Source: Octopus vulgaris (taxonomy: Eukaryota). From it: a stretch of DNA of 64,000 nt. A model generated the notes under the pieces. It had not been told where the DNA came from. It saw only the letters and a program-made list of their open reading frames with translations, and made no database searches. Shown in pieces: positions 26,717 to 40,569 of this stretch (position 1 is the stretch's first letter; each line of letters opens with the position of its first letter). The position numbers and the translations under genes were made by a program. The stretch lies in NCBI GenBank assembly GCA_951406725.2, contig OX597826.1, forward strand, positions 682,001-746,000. The letters are read 5' to 3'.

Positions 26717-27470
26717 CTAGCAGTAATACCCGTCGTTGATCGGGTAATTATTTTTACTGTTTCTCGGGCTCGGAAACTACAAAAATGGATACATCATATA
26801 GGAGAATAGCTTTACGGAATCCAGTTGACTGTGAAATGGCACTGAAAAGGCTTCAGGTCAAGTGGAACATTCATTTGTGACAGTTCCTTTTGACGTTTGT
26901 ATAGGTGATATGCCAAAGAAGAATTGAAAGATTCAGTTTGAACGTGAATGAAGCTAGAAGAATAGCTATATCATATAGAAGAATAGCTTTATGAAATCCA
27001 AGTGACTGTGCGGTAGTACTGAGAAGGCCACTAGTGAAGTAGAAGACCCATTTGTCATGGTTTCTTTTGACATTTGAATAGGCCGTATGCCCAAGGAGAA
27101 TTGAAAGATTCAGTTTCGAATCTGAACCAGAGTGAGACTATGACTACAGAATTAGGTTTACTTGTCTTGTATGTGTGTATTATATAAGAGAAAAACGTGA
27201 TAATTTCATATACGAACTTCTGTTTGTTCTTCAAGTTGCAATCCAGCAACTTTTAGTGTTTGGCCCTGAGTTTTATTAATGCTCATGACAAAAGAAAGTG
27301 TGATAGGAAACTATAACGGCTTAAATTGGAATGAGATATTGGATAGTATAACTGGTATGCGAGGAACGAATACGGTATCACCTTGACCGCAACTAGTCAG
27401 AATATTTGCCTCAATGCAGTTCCTCATAGGTTTGTGCACAATTAGTGTTGTACCTTTGCATAATTTTGAG
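26717..27470 (-). mobile_element. Helitron 3' end with PIF1-like helicase fragment
   Basis: LCKGTTLIV...IEANIL...VFVPRIP...FQFK...SINKTQGQTL; terminal hairpin cccgatcaacgacggg and CTAG at 26717-26720. Confidence 0.88.
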
Positions 27471-27513
27471 CAAATAATATAATATAATAGATAATAGACA
27501 ATAGATAAAGATG

Positions 27514-27580
<67 letters not shown>

Positions 27581-27582
27581 TG

Positions 27583-27696
<114 letters not shown>

Positions 27697-28394
27697 GAAA
27701 CATACATACATATACATAATAGCTTCCCTTGAACCATTCGCTTTCATTTTGGTAGACAAACAAACGAACAAACACACATACAAACACACACACACACATA
27801 TATATATATGTGTGTGTGTGTGTATGTGTGTGTGCGTGTGCGTGTGTGTGTGTGTGTGTGCGTGTTATTTATAACTAACAGAAGCTAGAGTACTTAGTAC
27901 ATGGCGTGGAGTATTTCTGCTATTACTTTAAGTTGCATGGTTGCTCGATCTCAAACATTATGCATAATACATGCATGTGTGTTGCGTGTGTGTATGTGTG
28001 TGTATCTGTCTGTGCGCGCTCGTGTGTGAGTATGTGGTCCATGTCTCATCTCTTCCTTTTCACGACCGGCTTACCTACTGAGTAGTAGCATTTTTCTTCT
28101 CTCCTGCTCTATCCACTCTTCGCTGTCTCTATGTTAAAATCCTTCAAACCCTCCCAGCGTTCGCTATTTTCGTCCCATGTCCTTATTTTGTTCGTTTATT
28201 TATATCCGTTCGTTTGTATTCCCACAGTTCTGTTTGTTTTCTTTTGTTATATTCTTTTCTACCTTTGTATGTCAACTGTCAGCATCGCATTCTTGTCTGT
28301 GGATTTTCTGTCATGTTTCTTGCCTTTTGGCTCGCCAGTCCCCAGCGGCCTGTGCCATCGGCATCACCAGTTGGGGTGCAATATTATCGGTTAG

Positions 28395-29070
28395 GGTGCC
28401 GAGCTGGCAGAATTTAAGGCGGCGAGCTGGCAGAATTTAGGGCGGTGAGCTGGTAGAATCGTTAGAATGCAGGGCGAAATTCGTCTGCCGCTACGTTCTG
28501 AGTTCAAATTCCGCCGTGGTCGACTTTGCCTTTCATCCTTTCGGGGTCGATTAAATAAGTACCAGCTACACACTGGAGTCGATATAATCGACTTAATTCG
28601 TCTGTCTGTCCTTGTCTCCTTTATGTTTAGCCCCTTGTGGGTAGTAAAGAAATAGGTATTTCGTCTGCAGTTACGTTCTGAGTTCAAATTCCGCCGATGT
28701 CGACTTTGCGTTTCTTCATTTCGGGGTCAATAAATCAAGTACCAGTTGCGTACTGGAGTCTATCTAATCGACTGCCCCCTCCCCCAAAATTTCGGACCTT
28801 GTGCCTAGAGTAAAAAGAATATTTTCGGTTTGGGCGGCGAGCTGGTAGAATTGTAAGCATGCCGGGCGAAATGCTTAGCCGTATTTCGTTTGCCGTTACG
28901 TTCTGTATTCAAATTCCGGCGTGGTCGACTTTGCTTTTCATCCTTTCGGGGTCGATTAAATAAGTACCAGTTACGCACTGGAGTCGATATAATCGACTTA
29001 ATATCTTTGTCTGTCCTTGTTTATTCTCTCTATGTTTAGCCTGCCCCTGTGGGCAATAAAGAAATAATTA
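28395..29070 (+). mobile_element. Tandem array of three SINE family A units with triplicated head
   Basis: cgagctggcagaatt x3, then three gttcaaattccg...gtcgactttgc units. Confidence 0.85.
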
Positions 29071-29419
29071 TTATCAGTTAGGCACGAAATTGTGTTTGAC
29101 CCGCTGGCCCAATAACTGAGGAGGAGTTGGCGACTATCCATGTCTGTTTCTCGTTTGTTTATGCGAATGTACATAAACATTCGCATATACATTCATGTAT
29201 ATATATACATATACAAACAGACAGACAGAGCGGCATAAGTGTGGTATCTAGTGAGTCTAGAGTGAACGGCGCTGCTCTTGGCCTCCGCAGACCCTTCAAA
29301 ACCGATGAGATTGTTGCTGTTAATGTTTTGCTTAAAGCTTTTGCAAGTCGACACCTTCAATAAACACATGTGCACTGGAGGAATTTCCACTGGTGTGTCA
29401 TTTTAAGAAGGATGGAATA

Positions 29420-30025
29420 AGCATGGTGCTATGTTGGACACAGCATAAGTGATTATTAGCAGAGCATCGTGAGTGATCTTCAAAACATGATCTTGCTGAC
29501 ATATGAGGTCAGAGAGAAAGGCCTGTAGTTTATAGCATCTGCTCTGATTCCTCCTTTGTAGGCAGGACAGATTATTCTTTCTTTTAACGTTTGAGGTAAT
29601 GTACCGCATTCAAGGGAACTCTGGAAAAGCATTTGCAGTGATTTTGCAACAGTTTTCTTGCATGCTTTTAACAGAATTGCTGGGAGTCCATCGGGGTCCG
29701 TTGCAAAGTTTGGGTTTATCTCGTCAATGGCCGAGAATACATCCTCTTCTGTAATGTCAATGTAATTGATGGCCGCTTTTTTCTCTTGTAGGTTAGAGAT
29801 GTTGAAGGACTCTTCAGGTCTGCTTATGTTCATGTTTTCTTGTGGGGAGGTGAAAACACTTTGGAATTGTGTATTGGATGCTTCACTTATCCTCTTGGGG
29901 TCTGCAGTCAGTGAGCCCTTTTTATCAAACAGTGGCCCTATCCTGTATCGCACTAAGACAGACTGTTTTGCGAACTTGTAGAAGGCTTTGGGGTTTCCTT
30001 TTATATTTTCCACCGCCCTGGCTTC
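29420..30025 (-). pseudogene. CR1-like LINE ORF2 fragment (pre-RT/RT start)
   Basis: NPKAFYKF...QFQSVFT...DPDGLPAILLKAC...NYRPFSLTS. Confidence 0.88.
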
Positions 30026-30149
30026 TCTCTCTCTAAATATATATACACATACATATGTGTGTGCGTATATATATATATATATACATACATACATACATAC
30101 ATACATACACACACATATGTATATATATATACATATTAAAGTTAGATAA

Positions 30150-31410
30150 GGCCGGTTTATGGCTTTACTTTATGTTTCCCGTCCATAAAGGGCTTAGCTT
30201 TATGGCGTATCATCGATCCCAAAACCTGTTGATTAAAGACCTCTCTAGAATGTGGAGGAAGAAAGGACCCCGTTACTCAATGTCATAAAAGGAGACTGCA
30301 TCCCTTTTGCTATCGAGCGCCGGTGACCCTGTTATCCCGTGGGTTCGAATAGGCTGGCATGAATTTCCTAAAATGTAAGCACGGTCCAAAGATATCCATT
30401 CTGGAGTTCAGGATGTTACCTGTGTTGAGGGTGTCCTTTAGGATCCTCGCTCGTTCCGCTATGCACAATTTACAGCGATTGGTCCCGTTAATATAGGGGC
30501 CTGGATTTTCTAGGATTCTCCTTGATATTGTGTATGGAATCCCATCATCTATCAGCTGCCATACATGGCTGGCTAATGATATGACAAATCTACTTTCTGG
30601 TATCCTGAAAGAGGATCTTTGGCTGGAGAGGCGTTGTTTGAACGATTTTCCGGAACAGCCGATGTATCACCGTGGTCGGGTGTTGGCGGTGGTGAGTCTG
30701 TTGGTGCTAGCATTGCTGACACCGCTGTTGCTGGAACTGGCGCTGCTGATGTCGGCATCATTGGATGTGGCGATGGTATTGGTGACACCACTGCCGGTGT
30801 TGGTAAAGGTGTCATTGTTGTTATTATGGCCATCATTATTGATGGAAGCCATCGCCATTGATGGGGAAGCGCATTTGGGGGGGGGGAGTGATTATAACAG
30901 CCTATCATAATTATAGCAGCCTATTATAATTAAGGGTGTCTATCTTATGTAGGTTTTTAGTCTTATCGGAGAAGATTAGGGACCTACCTGAGTTTGTTTA
31001 GCAATCTAATGTCAGCATGGAGACTGCGTTGGAAGGAGCAAGAGGACCTACGTAATTTTAACTTGGGAATGATGTCCACTAGGTCTGCTTCAAAGGGCTC
31101 GAAGTCTTTGATTTTGGGTGAGTATTTCTTAGATTTGATTCCATGGGTGTTGTTCTCCGGCGGTGGCGTGGCTAGGTCGTGGTAGAAGGCTTTCCATCTC
31201 ATTCATTTTATCACATTTTTTTATTTTTGGCAACGATCGATAACCAAAGAGATACAATCCCTTCTGTTGACATTGGTAATCGATAACCGAGGGGAGACAA
31301 CCCCCTTTCTAGTCATTGAGTAAGAGTCATTTCCTCCTCCATATTGTAGAGAGGCCACTCGCTAGAGAGGCATTTAGTTAACAGGTTTGGGGATCTGAGG
31401 ATACGCCATA
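30150..31410 (-). mobile_element. Internally deleted Penelope-like element with inverted terminal copy
   Basis: MRWKAFYHDL...FEPFEADL N-terminus; YIGCS..FKQRL...LASHVWQL...CKLCIAE endonuclease; 31314-31410 is an inverted copy of 30201-30287. Confidence 0.8.
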
Positions 31411-32324
31411 TCTGTACGTGTATGCATATCTCTGATACGCTATCTCTGTATGTGTATGTATATGAGTGCGTCTGCCTGCGCGTATGTGTGTATACGTATG
31501 TATGCATATGTATAGATACATACTGACTATTAATAGTTCTTGTATGACGGTCGGTTGTACATGAAACTTGATACGCGAGAAAATATTCAGTTTACATCTT
31601 TATGTATGTGTGTGTGTGTTTCTGTATGTATGTGTGTATGTCTGCATACACACGCATATGCACACGCATTTACGTACACACACACACAAGCACACAAACA
31701 CGCACACACACACACAGGAACACGCACGCACACGCATCTGTATACACACGCATACGCACACGCATTTACGTACACATACACAAAGACGCACGCGCTCACA
31801 CACGCACACACAAGCAAATAGAAACGCATGCAAACTTTTCCGTACCTATAAAACGTATGTAATTTGAACAGACCCTGTAATGAAGTAATAAGAAATAAAT
31901 AAATAAAACAGAAAACATGATGCTTTATTAATTAAACCAAAATAATGTAAAAGTTTCCGCCCAACTCAAGTAAGATGATCGCTGTAAGAGTAGAACTGAT
32001 TTCGTGTTTATTCATTATTAGCTTTCTTTATCAACTTGTTTGGACGGTTGCATGAGAGATGGAATCTTTTAAGCACAACATCTGCGGCTTCTCTCCCTCA
32101 GCTTTTCTAGCCAAACAACTGTTTCTTTGTGAGATGTATTCATAACCATTTGATCCATGTACTATACCTATACACGCACATACCACGCACACACATACAC
32201 ACACACACGCACACACACACATTCGCGCGCGCTTTCAAGTACGTCTGTATGAATATATATATATATATATATATAAATGACTAGCACCCTCTGTCATTTT
32301 AGTGATACTATGCTTGTGCATATA

Positions 32325-33287
<963 letters not shown>

Positions 33288-33300
33288 CATACATATATAT

Positions 33301-34260
33301 ATGGAGCACAGCAGTAAACAACTCCCTTTTCTTGACATCCTAATTAAAATAGTCAATAACCATATCACAACAGACATCTTCTATAAACCCACAGATTCTA
33401 AACAATACCTATTATTCAACTCATGCCACCCCAAACACATAAAAATTAATATACCTTATAATCTAGTGAAAAGAATCTGTACCATAGTTTCGGACACCTA
33501 TACTCGAGAACGAAGACTCCTTGAACTCAGATCAATACTAATCAAAAGACATTACCCTAATTCATAAATAAATGATGGCATTAAACGAGCTAAGGAAATA
33601 TATATACGAACATCAAGGGAAGCCAACCGAAATAATAAACCAGACTTAAAATACTCTCATACATCTCACATAACCCTAGAAACAACGTAGCATTCAACAT
33701 TATCATCCAAAATCTACCCATCCTTACAGGAAATAAAACAATAAACAAAATTTTAGGCTCGCACAAAATTATCAAAAGCAGAATGCGACCTAAATCATCG
33801 AAAAAATATTAACCAGCGCAAGACGATATCCATTAACAACAGAACCAAAAGTGAAAAAATGTGGTCGACCTAACTGTGGTACATGTCCCCACCTTTTGGA
33901 GGGTTCAGAGTTCCACTTTGAATAAGGTGCAATATTGAAGGTTAAATCAAATTTCCCATATGCTTTGGAAAATCTAATCTATGCCATTACATGCATAGGG
34001 TGTGGTAATAATTATATTGGCCAAACAGGAATATCACTCTGTTGAAGAACCACTTTCCACAAAGAACAAATTCGCCACCCACAACACAGACAGATACATG
34101 TCAGTGAACACATAGAAAGGTGTGCTAGTAATCTTAATCCTAATTTCCTAATTTTCCCCTTCTATCAATGTTCACAGAATACCTCAGTACAACAAAGAAT
34201 GAATAAAGAGGCAACTTTCACCAATAAATATCTTCCACAACTCAATATAAATACATAATA
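33301..34260 (+). pseudogene. 5'-truncated Penelope-like element: RT thumb, Cys linker, GIY-YIG (Naiad-like, tentative)
   Basis: LPFLDILI...DIFYKPTDSKQYL..SCHP...KCGRPNCGTCP...LIYAITCIGCGNNYIGQTG; stops and frameshifts. Confidence 0.9.
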
Positions 34261-34899
34261 CAGAACACTACTACTTTTCAATTAATACCACTAACCCCCA
34301 TACATCCCATACACCATTCACATTACAGATCTATATCTACCCTAATTGCACCAAATCCAGAACTACTTACCTCCCTTACACATACTCTTTTTACTCAAGG
34401 ACTAGTAGACCTGGCACCGTTCAGTAATCAGTGTGCATTTAAAGCAATGATTGGTAATTTTACGAAGCCGGTATGCTTTTGAATCTCTTTAACAATTCAC
34501 AATAATGACCTTTATTACTTTTATTCCTACCTCAGTCCATCTAATTGTATATATCTATCGTTACTTTTCATAAAAAGCCTTTACTTTTTCTTTTTATTTC
34601 CAATGTGTATTTTCGCTTATTTATCTTCTTACTTTCCCCTTACATTTCCACGTGTAGTTTCTAGTTTCTTTTTGTAACATATTTCTATTATACACATATA
34701 TATAAAAGTAGTAACAAGAACAGGACAGTAAAAACAATACAAATAAAAACAGTAAAAGACAGGACAAGGAGAATAACACAGTAAAAACAAACGATGAGGG
34801 CTGTTAAGGCAAGACGATGGGGAAATGATTTTGAACGCATTGAGGAGACAGCTTATGAGAAGGACAGGATAAGCCGTCTTGACTCGTTGAAGATAGCAG

Positions 34900-35760
34900 T
34901 CAGAAAGATGGCTTCCCTCAGGTCACGTGTCAGTGACGAGAGGGAGGAGGAGGAGTAAGGGAGAGGGAACGGTGAAAGGGAGAGGAGAAGAATAGGGAAG
35001 AGTGGGAGAGAAAAACAGAAAGGATGAAGAACAAGAGAGGGAGAGAGACAGAGTGAGGAGAATTAGTAAAAGTTAATCTTCTGGATGATTCGAGCTTGAA
35101 TATCACCAAGCTTTTGACAAAACTTGGCACGTTCGGTCATCTTGCGTAGAAACGAAAATCCGATGTACAGAGAAGGGCAGGTAAAGAAGTCGGTAATATG
35201 CTAGGGACGATAATGGGTGCCTGTGAGGATGGTGGGGCAAGTACGGCAGCGTGGACGGGAGCAGGAGAACAAGCCAGACTGGGAGGTGGGGTTAAGGCAG
35301 AAACTATGGACCAAGAGGTTACGCAGGTTGCGGGCTCGTTTGAGGAGGGAAAGAGTAGGTTGGCGAAGATGTGCGAAGTGGAGAGGGTCGGACTGGAGTC
35401 ACCGGATGGCTCGGAGAATGGTGCGTTGCAGGGGCAGCTGAGGGGTGGTAGGTGAGGTGAAACGGAAGACGGGCAACGGCGGACAGATACGGGGAGAGAG
35501 AGCAGAGGCACGGTCCACGGCACGTGTCCTAGTAAGGGCTGTGTGGATAGTGGTGAGGGGATATCCACGAAGGATGAAGTGGCTGGTCATGAGTTGAGAC
35601 TGAGTCTCAAAATTTTGGTTGTCACTGCAGAGCCTGCGCAGAAGGAGGAATTGGGAGTAGGGAATGGAGAGCTTGGTGCGGGTATGATGGGAGGAAGAGA
35701 AGTTAAGGTAGGAGTCGGTGTGTTTATAGTGAATCGTGGTAGTGAGAGCAGAGTGGTGTA
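34900..35760 (-). pseudogene. Decayed Penelope-like RT thumb/linker fragment of a different family
   Basis: LRRLCSDNQNF...RGYP...RARNLRNLLV...CSRPRCRTCP. Confidence 0.75.
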
Positions 35761-35799
35761 TACTGAGAGAAACGTCGAGAAATGCGACGGAAGTGTTGG

Positions 35800-35866
<67 letters not shown>

Positions 35867-35921
35867 GTAATGCAATACGAAAGTATTGCTTTCCAGTAAA
35901 GAATAGCCCGCGAGGGAAAAT

Positions 35922-36355
35922 TATACATAGAAGTAAATATATGGCACAACGAAGTACCGATATTTACTGGAAATAGCGAACGTAATAATACGACGCTAAT
36001 GTATAGCTTCACCGCGTATGTACTAGCAAAAAGGCGTGAGTGCAACAAACTAGAAAAAATTGTCTTACCTCCAGGGAGAACATCTGAAAAATGAAATACC
36101 TAGAAAAGGATAATGTGGGACCGGAGCCGGTTTCAGATTTTTCAAGATATGCCTCCACACATATACTTGATCTATCTTCATCAGCCAAACATATACCACG
36201 ACAACATTTCAGATGTTACCACATTAATGCCAATACACTCGACTGAAACGCCGAAACGCTAACGGTGAAGCTATACATTAGCGTCGTATTATTACGTTCG
36301 CTATTTCCAGTAAATATCGGTACTTCGTTGTGCCATATATTTACTTCTATGTATA
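35922..36355. repeat. Perfect 93-bp inverted repeats (35922-36014, 36263-36355) around a 248-bp spacer
   Basis: Arms read as exact reverse complements. Confidence 0.95.
36113..36192 (-). ncRNA. Type I hammerhead ribozyme with long helix II
   Basis: Minus strand atgtttgg CTGATGA agat...atct GAAA ccgg ct ccgg TC ccacat; GUC site. Confidence 0.8.
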
Positions 36356-36626
36356 TAAGTACACAGGGAAAAATGTGTCAAAGCCATCGGGAGACGTTCG
36401 ATGCTTCCTAGGGCTATACAGCGGTGGTGTACCCCCTACTGTCACGTTCTTGTTAGATTGACAGTATACAACCATTCTATCGCCCCACCACCGTACATGT
36501 CTCTACGAGAGATTTAGAAATTCAATATTTCTTATTTTGATAATCAGTGAATAGACTTCACTGAGTATAGATATATACAATTACGAAGTTCGAGACAAAT
36601 ATCACCGGTTGACCGGTGTCTGCTAC

Positions 36627-36671
36627 TCTAGGCCGATGAAGGACAACGATCCTGAAACACGTGTCCCTAGA
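36627..36671 (+). ncRNA. Type I hammerhead ribozyme, U4C core variant
   Basis: tctagg CCGATGA agga caacga tcct GAAA cacgtg TC cctaga; helices I and II fully paired, helix III palindromic. Confidence 0.8.
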
Positions 36672-36839
36672 TGCAGCTTCGGCAGCCGGGGGTGTTTGTC
36701 TCCCCTTCGTAAATGTATATATATATACATAAAGATATGTATATAAATGTATATATAGATATATAAAGATACATACATATACACACATACATGCATACGC
36801 ACGCACTGCATGCAGACATAAACAAACACATACACATAC

Positions 36840-36939
36840 GTTGTCTCTGGTAACTCAAAAAATAAAAAAAATAAAAACAATAAAATATGTGGTGTGAGCG
36901 AAGCAGCGGCATTCGCCAGATAGCCATCCATCCGGTTAT
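36840..36939 (-). CDS. Candidate host exon encoding a signal-peptide-like N-terminus
   Basis: Long polypyrimidine tract + ttctag acceptor; ATG at 36931; MDGYLANAAASLTPHILLFLFFLFFELPET; GTATGT donor. Confidence 0.35.
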
Positions 36940-37166
36940 CTAGAAAGTAAACATACAAACAAAACAAGAAAAAGAGAAAAGAAAGAAAATTGCTAGAGGT
37001 CAAAAGAGGTTTTGTATTAAAACAGCTTGCAATGGTTTGGCGCAAAAGTGCAAGAGTGGAAGTAGAAGGAAAGTGACAAAGTTCTTCAGAACTCATTTAG
37101 AAATATCATCTGATATTGTAATATATATTGCTGCTACTGCTGCTACTGCTGCTACTGCTGCTGCTG

Positions 37167-37198
<32 letters not shown>

Positions 37199-37405
37199 AC
37201 TGCTGGTTTTTCTTTAGTTTTTTTTTTCTTTTTACTGGCTGTAATAATTGCTACTTCTGCGATAAGCTTTTTTTCTATGAGCTTATGTATACGCATAGGC
37301 GTGTGTGTGTGTGTGTGTGTTAATGTCTGAATGTGTACGCGCGTGTGTGTGTGTGCATATATATATATATGTATGTTATATATATATAAACATACCTATA
37401 TATAT

Positions 37406-37460
<55 letters not shown>

Positions 37461-37463
37461 TAT

Positions 37464-37508
<45 letters not shown>

Positions 37509-37698
37509 CTTGTTTATACACTATTTGTGAGTGTGTTTGTGTGTCTAGAGGGAAGTTGCTGCTAATTTTACTGTTTTTGTTGTTGTTGTTGTTGTTGCGG
37601 TAAACTTAATGACTATAATTGCTACTTCTGTCACGGTTTTGTGTACGTGTATGCATATGTGTATGTGTGCATGAATGTATTCGTGTGTGTGTGTGTGT

Positions 37699-37729
<31 letters not shown>

Positions 37730-38089
37730 CGCGTGCTTGTGTGTGTGCGAATTAGGTTGCGGCTGATTTATAGTATTTTTCTCGTTGTTGCTGATGTTTG
37801 TCCTTCCTTCGACGATCGACGTAATTGCCGTTGTTGTTTTGTTGTTGTTACCTAGCCCTCGGTCCAGTCAGCACTAGATTAACCCTTAAGCAAAAAGCAC
37901 GTGCTTAGGGCACCAAGGGAAGTGGGGTTGGGGGGGCACTGCAGAAATGGTAAGTGTTTTACGGTACAAAAGAAAATCGCTATAAATTTGCTAAAATGAT
38001 ATTCGAAATGGTTTATATGATCGGAAATATAATTTTGAAATGTTCAAATATATCAAATGTAATTTCGAACGATCTGATCAAAAACTTTG

Positions 38090-39168
38090 TAGTTTTTGCA
38101 GTTCTGGCTAAGAAGGAATATATTCACAGACACGACAGAGTTGGGACCTACATACACTAGAAGCTATGTCAACACTATGGAATAACAACAGAAAAAAGAT
38201 GGTATAAGCACACGCCAGAAAAGGTCACAGAAAACGAGGAAGCAATCATGATCTGCGATATGCCAATACACACAGACAGAGAAATCAAGGCCAATAGGCC
38301 AGATATAGACTGGATGAAGTTGAAGAGCAAAAATGGGAGGCAACAGAAATAGAAGAACTAAGATGTGTTCTTAGGAAGTCTCACAAATGAAAACCTCCAG
38401 GACCGGGCCGAATCCCTAACTTCTGACTGAATTGTCTGACAGAAGTACACCAAAATGTCGCTGCATCCCTAACTGATGTCATCCAGGAGCCAGAGTAAAT
38501 ACTTGCCTGGCTGACTGAAGGAACAACATACCTTCTACAAAAGAATGAAGACACAAAAAAATTCAAAGAACTACCAACCAATAATATGTCTCAACACCAC
38601 CTACAAGATCATCACATCCATATTAAGTGACAGAAGGTACGCTTTCCTTGAACAGGAATCTATCATTATACAAGTTCAAAAAGGCTGCAAAAGGAATTCT
38701 TATGGGTGCAAAGATCCATTATTCATAAGTAAAATGATTGTAGAGAAGTGCGGGAGCAAAAAACCTGAGTATGGCATGGATAGACTACGGGAAAACGTTT
38801 GAGAGTGTCCCACATAATTGGCTACTCAAGGCCCTTGAGATATATAGGATCTCTCGTGTCGTCTCCAAATTCTTAAAAGGTAGTATGACCAAGTGGACCA
38901 CACGTCTCCTTCTATACAATAGTAATGGGATGAGCCAATCTAGCAATATCAGCATCAGACGAGGTATCTTTCAAGGTAACTCCTTCTCCCCAAAGTTTGC
39001 TTACCAAAAATATAAGGCTAGCGTTCTTCAAATTAGTTCTGATCCTAAATGCAGATTCTGCGACACCTTTGTCGAAACAATAGACCATCTCATCTCGGGG
39101 TGTCTTGTGCTGACACCAAACGAATGCAAAAATCGCCACGATAGGATAGGACAGTATTTACATTGGAA

Positions 39169-39170
<2 letters not shown>
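38090..39170 (+). pseudogene. R4/Dong-like LINE fragments (REL endonuclease piece, RT, CCHC)
   Basis: HTDREIKANRPDI; QKGCKRNSYGCKD; AWIDYGKTFESVPH; RGIFQGNSFSP; CRFC...DHLISGC...RHD. Confidence 0.88.
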
Positions 39171-39248
<78 letters not shown>

Positions 39249-39265
39249 CAACAATAATAATAATA

Positions 39266-39632
39266 AGAGCACTCAGAGAGCGCAAATCCCAGCCAAGGCA
39301 ACACCAAAGTCTTCTCAACGTTTAGCCAGAGATGATTTTTGAAAGGAAAATATCTGAAATAAACTCGACTGCTCTCACAAACGAGAATACTAAAAATGAA
39401 CCTGACCGTTCTCAAAAATGTTTTTAAGAAACAGGAAAAATAAACCAGAATCCTTGTCCGGTACCAGATCGATCCCAAAATCTAATCAGTTTGTACCAGC
39501 CACGAGGCCAAACATCCCTGAAAGTTTTATCCGAATCCATCCAGCGGTTCTTAAGATAACTTGTCTGCGGACAAACATCAAACAAACAAACAAATACGAC
39601 TGAAACAATACCTCTACATTCGCTAAGGCGGA

Positions 39633-39635
<3 letters not shown>
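39266..39635 (+). mobile_element. Short non-autonomous element in (TAA)n, possibly Helentron-type
   Basis: Subterminal cccagccaagg versus terminal aaggcggaggt; 3' hairpin acctc...gaggt. Confidence 0.35.
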
Positions 39636-39674
<39 letters not shown>

Positions 39675-39859
39675 CCTTTCTACTATAGGCACAAGGCCAG
39701 ACGTTTTGGGGGAGGGGGCTAGTCGATTATATAGACCCCAGTATTTGATTCTGGTAATTAATATATGAACCCCGAAGAATGAAAGGCAAAGTTGACCTCA
39801 GCAGAATTTGAACTCAGAACGTAAAGTCGGACGAAATGCCACTAAGCGTTTTGCCCGTC

Positions 39860-39912
<53 letters not shown>

Positions 39913-39914
39913 GT

Positions 39915-40235
39915 GGACTATGAGCAGGGTTTCTGTCGTCCCAGTAGTTGTAGGGGCACTCAGAGCACTAACAACCAAGTTCGAGAAATATGTCAAAGAA
40001 ATTGGAATTGACATAAGAGCAGAGCAAAACCCAAAAAAACTGCTCTGTTGGAGACAGCTCGGGTTTTGAGATTAGTACTTGGATGTTGAATGTCTTCCAC
40101 GATAATTGACAATCGATTATTAAAGCTTGTAATCTGTGGAAAAAGACCCTGTGAGACTTCTGACAATAGACTGCTCTCCGCCCTCACAGAATGAACCAGA
40201 GCAAACAAGACTGAGCGCTCTGAGAACTGAAACAA
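39915..40235 (+). pseudogene. R4/Dong-like REL C-terminus and 3' UTR
   Basis: VVPVVVGALRAL...KTALLETARVLRLVL. Confidence 0.75.
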
Positions 40236-40569
40236 TAACAGTAATTCATTAGAGACTGTATGAAAAGTACGATCTGAGCAAAGAACGGGAAAGGTACAAA
40301 TATGAAGCAGAGGGCGTCACTGAGAACAATTCGCGCCTACTCTAAGCTACTAAGAATGCGTGTGGCAACTTGAAGATCTACCCACCACACGTGATAGACT
40401 GGCGGTTGCACGGGCGCGAAAGCCACATTGTTATCCTCATTCCGTAAACGGTGGCTTTCAACGGGTGGAAAGCTGAACCATCCTGGGGTACAGAGGATTC
40501 GCAATCTAGACTAGGGTCTGAAAGTTTACCACACCATAGTGGTTTATACCATTGTTCCTCTGCTTTGTG

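Noticed and set aside
28395-28470. CRISPR-like short direct repeats
   Set aside because: Triplicated SINE head, no spacers, eukaryotic context
34030-34060. In-frame TGA in the Naiad-like endonuclease as possible selenocysteine
   Set aside because: Aligns to Arg in LRRR of the 11.5-kb paralog, so CGA>TGA decay rather than a Cys position; the copy also has TAA stops
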